Shown piece by piece: positions 1 through 8,322 of a DNA stretch of 64,000 nt. Source of the DNA: an uncultured virus (IMG/VR IMGVR_UViG_3300025937_000005) (lineage: Duplodnaviria; Heunggongvirae; Uroviricota; Caudoviricetes); IMG/VR virus record IMGVR_UViG_3300025937_000005; one strand, given 5' to 3'. Below the pieces are notes generated by a model. That model was given only the letters and a program-made list of their open reading frames with translations, made no database searches and had not been told where the DNA came from. Position numbers and translations under genes: made by a program. The number at the start of each line of letters is the position of its first letter. Position 1 is the stretch's first letter.

Positions 1-105
1 GCAGAGGAATTGGACTATTATGGGGAAAGGCTGAACCAAACCATGTATCCCCTTTGCTGTCACCAGTTCGGCGAGGGTGAGGTATGGGGTGACACAAGAA
101 AATAA
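1..105 (+). CDS. 3' end of a truncated ORF (hypothetical)
   Basis: Frame 1 is open from the window edge (AEELDYYGERLNQTMYPLCCHQFGEGEVWGDTRK) to TAA at 103-105. Confidence 0.5.
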   Translation, partial: AEELDYYGERLNQTMYPLCCHQFGEGEVWGDTRK

Positions 106-138
106 ATAAACTAACTAAATAACTATATTATAATTTTT

Positions 139-441
139 TTACTTATCGTATTTACTTCTTATACCGCCGCCATACAACTTCCTAAAGGCGTCAACGGTGT
201 AGTAAATCCTATACAATTTCTCGGCCCACAACCCATCAGGGTTTTTTGTTATCACGTTTGTCTTAAGCAAATCCTTGGCATACAACTCACCCAACTTGTA
301 CCTTATCTCCTTTGAATTGGGCTTCTTTGCTATCTCTGTGGAGTTCATGTAGCCCACCGTCTTCAATTCCTCTATAACTGCCTTCATCAACTCTGGGTCA
401 TCATAGTCTATTTGGCTGTTGTTGCTATGGTTAAACGGCAT
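139..441 (-). CDS. winged helix-turn-helix protein (TFE-alpha/ArsR-like)
   Basis: VIEELKTVGYMNSTEIAKK..EIRYKLGELYAKDLL..NPDGLW..YRIYY follows the wHTH pattern; overlaps the upstream gene; T-rich terminator downstream. Confidence 0.55.
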   Translation of the reverse strand: MPFNHSNNSQIDYDDPELMKAVIEELKTVGYMNSTEIAKKPNSKEIRYKLGELYAKDLLKTNVITKNPDGLWAEKLYRIYYTVDAFRKLYGGGIRSKYDK

Positions 442-1039
442 TTTCTGTCCCTTCCTCCTTTTCTAACTCCTCTTCCTCTTGCTCTTCCTCCTGCATCCTT
501 TTTAGCCTTCTCTTTTCTTCAAACTCACCCAACATCTTTTTCTTGAGCGCATCCAACTCCGGCTTTATCAGGTCGTTTATTTCCGATTCTGTTAATGGTT
601 CATTGCTATCATCTGTAGTAGTAGCAGCAGAACCAGCGGCCCCCATTGTGGATTTTAGCAATCGCACATTATTTGGTGTCTGTGTTGATGATATTGATGA
701 CAGCAACTGGTTTTTCTGGTTCCACAAAGCCAACTTTATCACATCATCCGCCGCTATGATATCCTTCTGCGCCTGTATCCTTGACTGGAAAAATGGGGTA
801 ACAGTCCATGTCTTGTATGTAATCCCATCCGTTGGGTCAACCATATTGGCCGAAGTAACATAATCAAACTCCTCGAACTTGTCCAAAATTATCTCAACAA
901 CTGGCTGGATTTCCATTCCCTGAAACTTCCTTTTTGATATGGTGCTGTTTTCAACCAGGTCATTCATAACCTGCTTTTCCAGTGAGTCTGGATATGGGTA
1001 AAACAATATTTCTGTTGGTGTATCCCCTTCTGATGACAT
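431..1039 (-). CDS. putative TFE-alpha-like winged-helix protein with acidic C-terminus
   Basis: ILDKFEEFDYVTS..DPTDGITYKTWTV resembles the TFE wing; helical segment and Glu-rich tail follow; TATA-like TTTATTAA about 25 nt upstream. Confidence 0.5.
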   Translation of the reverse strand: MSSEGDTPTEILFYPYPDSLEKQVMNDLVENSTISKRKFQGMEIQPVVEIILDKFEEFDYVTSANMVDPTDGITYKTWTVTPFFQSRIQAQKDIIAADDVIKLALWNQKNQLLSSISSTQTPNNVRLLKSTMGAAGSAATTTDDSNEPLTESEINDLIKPELDALKKKMLGEFEEKRRLKRMQEEEQEEEELEKEEGTENAV

Positions 1040-1084
1040 TTAACATAACCTATAAATGGAGATTAATAAATGGATATACTACTC

Positions 1085-1153
1085 ATGGCTGGCAGACTTA
1101 TGGTATACACCATGACGGATTGAGTCCCCTGAAATAGGTGTATAGCCAGCCAT
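1085..1153. ncRNA. candidate structured RNA or DNA hairpin
   Basis: ATGGCTGGC(1085-93)/GCCAGCCAT(1145-53) and TATACACC(1104-11)/GGTGTATA(1137-44) stems in an intergenic region. Confidence 0.4.
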
Positions 1154-1544
1154 TTACTTTTATATTGCAAAGAAAAAAATACACAATAAATTTTATATAA
1201 TCAGCATATCGTATACTAATTGCCGCCCATGAAATAACAATGACACCGTATCACTCCGGTTAGTTAACGAGGCGAGAGGCGCAAAGTCAAAATATCACAT
1301 GGTTTTGTCCTCGATTTGTTGGGATGAATATAACCATCACATGCAGGCCCCAGTACAGGCAACCCAGAACATGTGTATGTCTATGCAATCTAATGCAAAA
1401 GCAACCAAAACAAAAAACAAAAACAAACAGATAGAAAAAACAACTCCTTCCAGAACAATGCAACATCAACTACAGCAAAAAAACAGCAGAGCAGTAATAA
1501 AACAGAAAGATAAGGAACTATGGATATTGTGTTCTTACATTACT

Positions 1545-1588
1545 CATTGCTGTTGGACAGGGAGATTAAGTCCCGTCCGACAGCAATG
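1545..1588. other. long hairpin (14-bp stem plus 4-bp inner stem)
   Basis: CATTGCTGTTGGAC/GTCCGACAGCAATG (one G-U pair) closing GGGA-GATTAAG-TCCC. Confidence 0.55.
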
Positions 1589-1657
1589 TGATTTTCAATT
1601 AATTAATCTTCTTATAATAAAAATAGATATTTATATTACCCTCGTTACTTAATTACC

Positions 1658-1963
1658 GTGGTAACTAATACCCAAGACAATGATGGTAATAAAACAACCC
1701 GTGAAAATAAATTTATCAAGAGGTTTAACCTGCCTAACTCACAGATGCACTACAAGCCAACCCACATCATATCAATGGATGATGGTGAAGTGATGATGGG
1801 TGGAATAGACGGCTTGACCAACATGAAGGTAAATGTAAAGGTCACACGTTCCTTGTTTGACTCCATGCTGGAAAACTATCCAGAATCAAAATTCCTGTTG
1901 GACAACTGGAACAATAAGGATATTATAAATAACAACGACAAAGGTGATAAAGGTAATGAATAG
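1658..1963 (+). CDS. hypothetical protein
   Basis: 101-aa ORF, GTG start about 25 nt after ATTTATAT; first of four overlapping ORFs. Confidence 0.6.
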   Translation: MVTNTQDNDGNKTTRENKFIKRFNLPNSQMHYKPTHIISMDDGEVMMGGIDGLTNMKVNVKVTRSLFDSMLENYPESKFLLDNWNNKDIINNNDKGDKGNE

Positions 1964-2138
1964 CAAAGAGTTGAGGAAAAAGGTAAGGGAACAGGAGGAG
2001 CGCCTTTCCAAAATTCCAAAGGTGACACCGGACAACCCGTTTCCTGACCATGAGGCTGCCAAGGACATTGAGAAATACACAACAAAACCCGATCCCAAAT
2101 CACTAAGGACAAACCCCAAAGGCGGATGTGACTACTGA
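1956..2138 (+). CDS. hypothetical protein
   Basis: ATG overlaps the previous stop region; charged small protein. Confidence 0.55.
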   Translation: MNSKELRKKVREQEERLSKIPKVTPDNPFPDHEAAKDIEKYTTKPDPKSLRTNPKGGCDY

Positions 2139-2475
2139 ATTGAAAGACAGTATGATACCCAAAAAGCCGGAGGATTACGAAACCGCAATCCCCCAGGACA
2201 AGAAGGCATTAAAGAAGGAAGTGGAATATATGTTGGACTACAGCCCAGACAGTGCAACAAACCCATTCAGTGACCTAAAACAAAACAGTGAAGAAAATCC
2301 ATCATGGATGACAAAGGCATTGTCCAAACCAAGGGAGCCTCCCACTATAGCAAAATGCACCTGCGCCAAACAGTTCTACACCAAGAAAAGAAACAAGAAG
2401 AAAGGGTTAATCGTTATGAGAAGGCAGTCAAACGGCTACACAAACCAGGGGTGCCCTGTGCATTATGCCCATTGA
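2128..2475 (+). CDS. hypothetical protein, possible Zn-binding C-terminus
   Basis: CTC...CPVH motif; overlaps both neighbours. Confidence 0.6.
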   Translation: MTTELKDSMIPKKPEDYETAIPQDKKALKKEVEYMLDYSPDSATNPFSDLKQNSEENPSWMTKALSKPREPPTIAKCTCAKQFYTKKRNKKKGLIVMRRQSNGYTNQGCPVHYAH

Positions 2476-2596
2476 ACAGGACAATAATAGCAAGGATAAG
2501 GTTAGCCTGAACCGATATCCCGGCTGCCAGGTTCAACCATACGATGGCAAAATGGAGTTCTATGTAAAAACAAAAGACGGCTGGGAACGCAAATAA
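2465..2596 (+). CDS. small hypothetical protein (43 aa, not in ORF track)
   Basis: MPIEQDNNSKDKVSLNRYPGCQVQPYDGKMEFYVKTKDGWERK*, overlapping the upstream stop. Confidence 0.45.
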   Translation: MPIEQDNNSKDKVSLNRYPGCQVQPYDGKMEFYVKTKDGWERK

Positions 2597-2655
2597 CCTT
2601 CTTCACAAACCAACAATATCTTTTATATCTGCTCAAGATAAACTCCCTTTCTATA

Positions 2656-3384
2656 ATGCCAAGGCAGTGTTTACTATGCAACAGTAATAGGACTTATGTT
2701 AACAAGAGACTGAAGAAGGAAATCTGGCATCGGTATAATGCCGGCCACATATGCACCAAATGCTACACAAGAAACAGAAAGATGGAGTTGAATAACGGCG
2801 GCGCCGGCCCAAGAACAAGAAACCGGTATAGAAGGGACATGGACCAGCGCAAGTGTTTCAAGTGCGACTCCACCACTACTGGAAAGCACTTTATCAAGTC
2901 GGCCAACAAGTCATATGAATGCTGGTATACCTACAAGGATGGGTATGTCTGCTCCAAATGCTACTCCAAATCCAGGTACAAGCCCCCCAACCCAGACAGG
3001 GCAAACGGCCCCAAACACCAAAAAAAGGTATGCCACATATGCAAGTCTGAAACATCCCGGCCCAACAAGAACGGATACAACACCTGGTTTTTTATCAAGG
3101 GAACACGCAACCGAATCTGCTATTATTGCCAACTCAAACAGAACATCCTCAAAAGAAGGGCTGAAAACGGAAACGACAAGTGCAACTCCCTTGAATGCGC
3201 AAAGGCCCGACAGACTATCCTGGTGCGATACGACTACAGCAAATACTCCTATTGCACCTTTTGCCAGGCCAACCATGACAAGTCCAACACGTTTTGCCCA
3301 TGCTGCGACCGCAAACTGAGAACAAAACCACAGAGGGCAAACCACAAAAGGCTTGTGAACGGCAAACCCCTGGTCTATTATTGA
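2656..3384 (+). CDS. multi-zinc-finger protein
   Basis: Three CxxCxSxxT..W..CxxC[YQ] modules plus C-terminal YCxxC..CPCC..LR. Confidence 0.8.
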   Translation: MPRQCLLCNSNRTYVNKRLKKEIWHRYNAGHICTKCYTRNRKMELNNGGAGPRTRNRYRRDMDQRKCFKCDSTTTGKHFIKSANKSYECWYTYKDGYVCSKCYSKSRYKPPNPDRANGPKHQKKVCHICKSETSRPNKNGYNTWFFIKGTRNRICYYCQLKQNILKRRAENGNDKCNSLECAKARQTILVRYDYSKYSYCTFCQANHDKSNTFCPCCDRKLRTKPQRANHKRLVNGKPLVYY

Positions 3385-3440
3385 CAAGTCTCTTCTTTTT
3401 TCTATCTTATTCTATTTTTTTACTTGACAGAGGGTTAACA

Positions 3441-3480
3441 AACCTAGTTACTTAATTAACAAAGTAGTTAAATATATATT
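3441..3480. promoter_or_regulatory. (TANN)n array ending in a TATA box
   Basis: AACC TAGT TACT TAAT TAAC AAAG TAGT TAAA TATA TATT upstream of 3522. Confidence 0.6.
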
Positions 3481-3521
3481 TTAGCTGATTTATTTATTGA
3501 TAAGGAGATTAAATAAAAAAA

Positions 3522-4091
3522 ATGAGCAGTAGTAATAGTGAGCAAAGTAAAGAAACGACAAACAGCAATTTAAATCCACCGCCATATGTGATGGGTTTAT
3601 GCAATTGCGGATGTAATGGTGAACTTAAACCGAGGTTCAACAAGGATGGAACCCTTCGGAGATATATCAAAAACCACCAGTTGAAATCAGCCACAAGAGT
3701 TCCAAGGGGGCCGGGCAAGCACAACAAATCATCAACAAAGTCACAGAACAAGAAGATAAACGAACTTACCAAAGCAGTCAAGGATTTAAAATCAAATATT
3801 GAAATACTAAAGTCCTTTATCATATCACAATCAAGACCACCAGCACCACTTGAGTCAAGACCTGTCCAACCCCAATCCCAACCACCGATATACCAGTTAA
3901 CAAACAAGCAACTGGAGTTGCAAAACCTATTGGAGAAACTTGTAGAGGAAAACAAAACGTTAAGGGAACAGATACAGGGATTGGAATACCACCTGGATTT
4001 CAACAAGGCCGTATCAAAAGCATCAACTACTCAAACCAAGTTGGATGGCAGTGACAACAACAACAATAACAGGCAGACCCCACTTTTTTAG
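3522..4091 (+). CDS. CxCGC-motif and coiled-coil protein
   Basis: CNCGCNGE..RYIKNH motif (also at the N-terminus of the HNH gene) and heptad-rich segments; AAGGAG upstream. Confidence 0.75.
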   Translation: MSSSNSEQSKETTNSNLNPPPYVMGLCNCGCNGELKPRFNKDGTLRRYIKNHQLKSATRVPRGPGKHNKSSTKSQNKKINELTKAVKDLKSNIEILKSFIISQSRPPAPLESRPVQPQSQPPIYQLTNKQLELQNLLEKLVEENKTLREQIQGLEYHLDFNKAVSKASTTQTKLDGSDNNNNNRQTPLF

Positions 4092-4297
4092 CGGGCGGCG
4101 AACTAGGCCGCATTTGTGACATGTGTGACTCCACCACGACAACTTTAGACATCAACAGGAAAAGGTGGGCATGGCGCTATTTCACACCACTTAACTCACC
4201 CAATCAAAAACTGATGCTGTGCAACAAGTGCTATTGCCGAGTCTCAAAAATCAAGGCAAAACACTTAAAGACACTTAACCAACAAAACAACAAGTAG
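4085..4297 (+). CDS. -1 frame Zn-finger extension of 3522..4091 (predicted frameshift product)
   Basis: FLAGGELGRICDMCDSTTT..WAWRYF..LCNKCY..*; no canonical start before the first Cys; CTT TTT TAG followed by a GC hairpin. Confidence 0.6.
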   Translation, partial: FLAGGELGRICDMCDSTTTTLDINRKRWAWRYFTPLNSPNQKLMLCNKCYCRVSKIKAKHLKTLNQQNNK

Positions 4298-4307
4298 TAA
4301 AAACATC

Positions 4308-5243
4308 ATGGCAATCAAGATTAAGGGCTTTGGCCGCAAGCGTGACCTGAACGACATCAGGGATTATACACCTGAAACACCACAAGTTAAACAGTTATTA
4401 CAACAGTCGATAGGTGAAGATTCAAACGGTGTCAGAACACAAATACGTAAATCAAAAATAATGCCAGATCCATTACCACCCTCAGTAGACAACAGAAAAT
4501 GGTGTTCACCTGTGGAAGACCAGGGCAACCTAGGCTCATGCACAGCCCACGCCGGAACTTCTATGTATGAATACATGGAAAGGAAGGCCTATGGTTCAGG
4601 CGGTAAATCCATTGACGGGTCCAGATTGTTTCTTTACAAGACAACCCGCTTCCTCATGGGTCAGGAAGGCATTGGTGACTCCGGCGCATACATCAGAACC
4701 ACACTGGGGGCCATCAGAATGTTTGGAATCCCGCCGGAGGAATACTGGCCATACACTGACAGGGACCCAGAGTTTGATTTGGAGCCGCCAACCCTTGTCA
4801 CTTCAATGGCCAAGGAATGGCAATCCGTTAAGCAGTTCCGGCTGGACTTTTCAATAGATGGAAACGAAAACATCACGAGGATGAAAGAATATCTGGCGAA
4901 GGGATATGCAATGCAGATTGGATTTACCGTCTATTCCTCCTATAAACAGGGTGATAAGACAGGTGAGATACCATATCCATCTAAAAATGATGCAGTAGAA
5001 GGCGGCCATTCCGTCCTGATAGTCGGTTATGATGATAACAAGGAGATAGACAACAAACTAGGCCGTATAACAAAAGGTGCATTCCTTATCCAAAACTCGT
5101 GGGGAACAGGATGGGGAAACAGGGGATTTGGCTGGCTACCCTATGACTACTTCAAGTCCGGACCCAATGGTGACGTGCTGGCCGATGACGTGTGGACAAT
5201 CACAAAACTGGAATGGCTTCAAACAGGTGAGTTCTTTTGGTAA
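4308..5243 (+). CDS. papain-like cysteine peptidase (family C1)
   Basis: DQGNLGSCTAHA (Gln and Cys), GGHSVLIVGYDD (His), QNSWGTGWG (Asn) all intact. Confidence 0.93.
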   Translation: MAIKIKGFGRKRDLNDIRDYTPETPQVKQLLQQSIGEDSNGVRTQIRKSKIMPDPLPPSVDNRKWCSPVEDQGNLGSCTAHAGTSMYEYMERKAYGSGGKSIDGSRLFLYKTTRFLMGQEGIGDSGAYIRTTLGAIRMFGIPPEEYWPYTDRDPEFDLEPPTLVTSMAKEWQSVKQFRLDFSIDGNENITRMKEYLAKGYAMQIGFTVYSSYKQGDKTGEIPYPSKNDAVEGGHSVLIVGYDDNKEIDNKLGRITKGAFLIQNSWGTGWGNRGFGWLPYDYFKSGPNGDVLADDVWTITKLEWLQTGEFFW

Positions 5244-5359
5244 AATCAATTAAAAAAACCGAATGGACTAAAGAGCAAACTGAAAGATTTTATAAATATT
5301 CAAAAGAGTTGCAGGAAAGGATAAGAAATGAAGAAATATTCAGGAAGTTTTTCGAATAG
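5237..5359 (+). CDS. small hypothetical protein (40 aa)
   Basis: TTG start with AGGTGA 6 nt upstream; overlaps the protease stop. Confidence 0.4.
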   Translation: MVKSIKKTEWTKEQTERFYKYSKELQERIRNEEIFRKFFE

Positions 5360-5369
5360 GTGAATTATT

Positions 5370-5549
5370 TTGGTAGACGAGGCGGATGGTATCAGACACA
5401 AGAAGATAAATGAGAGATTGGAAAAACTGGAAAACCAACAAACAGTAAAAGACTTTATTCCCGGCTCAACAACAAAACTAGATGAAATGGAAAAAAAATT
5501 AGGGGTGATACTTAAATTCCTAAAGGATAACTCAAAAAGCCCGCGATAA
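5370..5549 (+). CDS. small hypothetical protein (59 aa)
   Basis: TTG start preceded by AGGTGA; charged helical sequence. Confidence 0.4.
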   Translation: MVDEADGIRHKKINERLEKLENQQTVKDFIPGSTTKLDEMEKKLGVILKFLKDNSKSPR

Positions 5550-5694
5550 CCAATATTACCCCTATCACTATCAGTATAATCCCTATAATTTTGAATATTA
5601 TGTCGATTGGCCTGGGCAACTGGACGCTAAAATAATACAGCACTATACCCACAATAAGGGCAATAACCCCCTCTATAATTTCAGTTGTAAACAT
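5512..5694 (-). CDS. small membrane protein (2 TM)
   Basis: Two uninterrupted hydrophobic stretches in 60 aa. Confidence 0.7.
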   Translation of the reverse strand: MFTTEIIEGVIALIVGIVLYYFSVQLPRPIDIIFKIIGIILIVIGVILVIAGFLSYPLGI

Positions 5695-5783
5695 TTGTTG
5701 ATAGTTATTAGTTAAAAAGGTAAATAATAAAAGTATTTAAAAAAAGTTATTTGGATTTGGTCTTGTTGTTGTTGTTGTTGTTG

Positions 5784-6986
5784 TTATTCACCTGAACCGC
5801 CTTCACTGCTACTACTGTCATCACCACTATCTGAACTGTCACTATCGCCACCGTCAGAACTTCCATCGCTGTCATCACCATCATCATCACCACTATTATC
5901 ATCATCTTGACTGCCACCATCATTATCACTACTATCATCATCATCATTTCCAGGCTGTGGATTGTCCGATTGGTGGTCAATCGAGGCGTCATCATCACTT
6001 GGTGAGTGGGAAGTGTCATCGTCTGTTACTGTGCTGCTACCACCACCAACATCACCACTTTTTGGCTCAATAAATCCAAAACTCAATCCATCAGGTCCAG
6101 GCTCACTAAGGTGCATGTGGCCTTGATTGTCTGTATTAGTTGGAGTTGGTGTAGGTGCAGGTGTTGCAATTACTGGTGTTGCAGGGGTTGGTGTAGGTGT
6201 TACAGGAGTGGGAGTTACAGGTGTGGGAGTTATTGGGGTAGGTGTAACAGGTGTGGGTGTGGGTGTAGGTGTTGGGTTTTCCTTACTCCAGCATTTGCCT
6301 GTCTCGTCGTCGTCATGATTTTCGAATCCTGAAGGGCATTTTTTATCGGGGAAGCAATGCCCCTTGCCATTCAGGTTAAACCCATCAGGGCATTTACCGT
6401 CTTCACCAGGTGCGCATTTTGGCAAACTGGGTTCAAATAGACACTCATCATCAGGTGTTGGAGGTGTAGGTGTGGGAGTTGGAGTGGTCTGATTGTTGTT
6501 GCCATTTCCTCCACCTCCGGTTCCACCAGTGCCATTGCCGCTGTGTCCTCCACCGTTGCCGCCATTATTTCTATGTGAAGAAGAGGTGCTAACCTTGGTT
6601 GTTATCTTGATAACCTCAATAATCTGGGGATTGGTCCTGTCCACATTTGCCGTCAATATCTGGTTTAATGGCACAATCACATACTCATTTGCATTGATAA
6701 AGTAAACCAGTGTGTTTACTCCGTTGATTGTCAACACCTTAAAGTTTTGTGGGTTGGCCTGCTTCTGGAAGAAGTCGGCTGGCAGGCTGACAAAATCCCT
6801 GTTTGGCTGGTTGGGGATTATCTTTGTCTTAAAAACCTTGTATTGCACCTGGCCTACGATACTATTGGCGCCTGTATTTCCTTTGTTCAGGTCTATTAGC
6901 GCGCTTATGCTGCTGTTCAACATTGGCAATATTCCCATTGTTGTTATTAGGAGTCCAATGATCATGAAACTTAATATTCGATTCAT
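5784..6986 (-). CDS. secreted/surface protein with Pro-Thr linkers, Cys-rich repeat and Asp/Ser tail
   Basis: N-terminal signal-like helix; (PT)n/(PVTPT)n; CLFEPSLPKC..CPDGF..CFP..CPSGF..DDDETGKC; acidic tail. Confidence 0.85.
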   Translation of the reverse strand: MNRILSFMIIGLLITTMGILPMLNSSISALIDLNKGNTGANSIVGQVQYKVFKTKIIPNQPNRDFVSLPADFFQKQANPQNFKVLTINGVNTLVYFINANEYVIVPLNQILTANVDRTNPQIIEVIKITTKVSTSSSHRNNGGNGGGHSGNGTGGTGGGGNGNNNQTTPTPTPTPPTPDDECLFEPSLPKCAPGEDGKCPDGFNLNGKGHCFPDKKCPSGFENHDDDETGKCWSKENPTPTPTPTPVTPTPITPTPVTPTPVTPTPTPATPVIATPAPTPTPTNTDNQGHMHLSEPGPDGLSFGFIEPKSGDVGGGSSTVTDDDTSHSPSDDDASIDHQSDNPQPGNDDDDSSDNDGGSQDDDNSGDDDGDDSDGSSDGGDSDSSDSGDDSSSSEGGSGE

Positions 6987-7013
6987 ATACCTATATTATA
7001 CAACCAAGTATAA

Positions 7014-7045
7014 TATAAACCTAAGTAATTAGGTAATTAGGTATA
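7014..7045. promoter_or_regulatory. (TANN)n array abutting the TATA of 5784..6986
   Basis: TATA AACC TAAG TAAT TAGG TAAT TAGG TATA. Confidence 0.6.
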
Positions 7046-7108
7046 GGATAAGATAGTGAAATTTTTAAAAAGACAGAATAAGAAAAAGAAAAAGAAAAAG
7101 AAAAAAGG

Positions 7109-7294
7109 TTATTGGTTGAGTGCCCTTCTCACAAAATCGGGTGAGATTTCGCTGCCACCTATTTTCAGGTCTCGTATGATTCGCTCAGTGGCCTGTTCGT
7201 GTTGCATTCCACCCAAAATAAGGTTGGTCCACATTCTTACAAGCCTGGCATACTGTCTCTGTTCATATGATGATAGTTTTTGCGCTTTTTGCAT
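7109..7294 (-). CDS. small helical protein
   Basis: Leaderless promoter (TATATATA..AAGGTATG); long oligo-T terminator downstream (7077-7106). Confidence 0.7.
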   Translation of the reverse strand: MQKAQKLSSYEQRQYARLVRMWTNLILGGMQHEQATERIIRDLKIGGSEISPDFVRRALNQ

Positions 7295-7317
7295 ACCTTA
7301 ACTTATACCCCTCAATA

Positions 7318-7369
7318 TATATACCTTATTACTTAAGTAATTAATTACTTAGTTAATTAAGTTTATATT
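7318..7369. promoter_or_regulatory. divergent promoter pair separated by a (TANN)n array
   Basis: TATA TACC TTAT TACT TAAG TAAT TAAT TACT TAGT TAAT TAAG TTTA TATT. Confidence 0.7.
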
Positions 7370-7390
7370 GTAGTTAGGGTAAGAAAAGGT

Positions 7391-8317
7391 ATGGAAAACA
7401 ATAGTTCCAACCAATATGTAAGATACGAGTTTTATGCTGACATGGCACACGCAAATAAGATGTTTGAGGAATATGGGGATGTGACCGCTCCGATGGTTGC
7501 AAGAAACCTTGATGGCGGCTGGGCAAAGCAGCCAAACGTCAACGGCTGGTTTCACAACACAGAGTTCCAGAAGTTTTTGAACAACAAGTATGCGCTGCTG
7601 GCACATGGCAAGGTAAAGGACATGACACAGGAAATAATTGAAACCGAGTTGTCAGAAGAGGGAATAACCATGCTGAAAACCGAAGAGGCGCATGGCGGTC
7701 ACACCAAATACTGGAAATACATGTCAGAGGAGGAGTTTAGGATTGATGATAAAGACAATGTTAGAGTGGGCTTCCTGGTTCGCAATGGAATCGGGACAGG
7801 TGTTTCATTGGGTGTTGACGTTTTCACCTTCCGCCTATTGTGCAAAAACGGGGCCATCGCAAAGGGCAAGAACCTGGCCACCGTTTCAATAAGACACCAG
7901 GGGGACATCAACCGCATAATGAAGATGTTCACTGACTCAGTTAAGGAGGTAATGATGGGAGCAAAGGACATCATTAGGTATTATAGAAGGTCAGCCGAGA
8001 TAGAAATAGGGAATGAGGAGGCCAATGTAATGTATCAACGCCTTAGTGACTTGGGTGAAACCTATTTGCCCGCAAACTGGCAGGTAAAAACCCCCGATGA
8101 ACTGGCCCAACTGAAGAAAGACGGCAAGTTCAAGAACAACATGGATTTGGTGAAGGTGAGAACCCCGTCAAACCTATGGGAAGTGTTCAATGACGTTACG
8201 GCGGCCCAACGAATAAGACTGGAACAGCGCAAGATTGGGTTTCCCTCCATTGCAGACCAGCAAAACAGGCTGCACCAGGCCATGTTCGCAGTAATAGGTA
8301 TGAAAGGGGGCGTTTAA
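7391..8317 (+). CDS. DUF932/DUF945-family protein
   Basis: LVRNGIGTG..SLGV..FRLLCKNG..SIRHQG and NLWEVFNDVT motifs typical of DUF932. Confidence 0.75.
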   Translation: MENNSSNQYVRYEFYADMAHANKMFEEYGDVTAPMVARNLDGGWAKQPNVNGWFHNTEFQKFLNNKYALLAHGKVKDMTQEIIETELSEEGITMLKTEEAHGGHTKYWKYMSEEEFRIDDKDNVRVGFLVRNGIGTGVSLGVDVFTFRLLCKNGAIAKGKNLATVSIRHQGDINRIMKMFTDSVKEVMMGAKDIIRYYRRSAEIEIGNEEANVMYQRLSDLGETYLPANWQVKTPDELAQLKKDGKFKNNMDLVKVRTPSNLWEVFNDVTAAQRIRLEQRKIGFPSIADQQNRLHQAMFAVIGMKGGV

Positions 8318-8322
8318 TCCCC

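Noticed and set aside
1104..1144. Hammerhead ribozyme or tRNA fragment
   Set aside because: No CUGANGA core in the required order and no cloverleaf; the resemblance of the minus-strand loops to Leu anticodon loops may be coincidental
1278..1310. c-di-GMP-I riboswitch-like GGCGCAAAG
   Set aside because: Only a 9-mer; the P1 GNRA and P2 receptor elements are absent
1299..1652. 117-aa ORF and its antisense 60-aa ORF
   Set aside because: Low-complexity A-runs, spans a long hairpin and the next promoter; probably non-coding
5760..5785. (TTG/AAC)n microsatellites here and at about 4055, 12117 and 32110
   Set aside because: Common slippage tracts and poly-Asn throughout this genome; no sign of phase variation
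7056..7301. Poly-Lys ORF (and similar 8418..8678)
   Set aside because: Arises from the oligo-T terminator of an opposite-strand or adjacent gene
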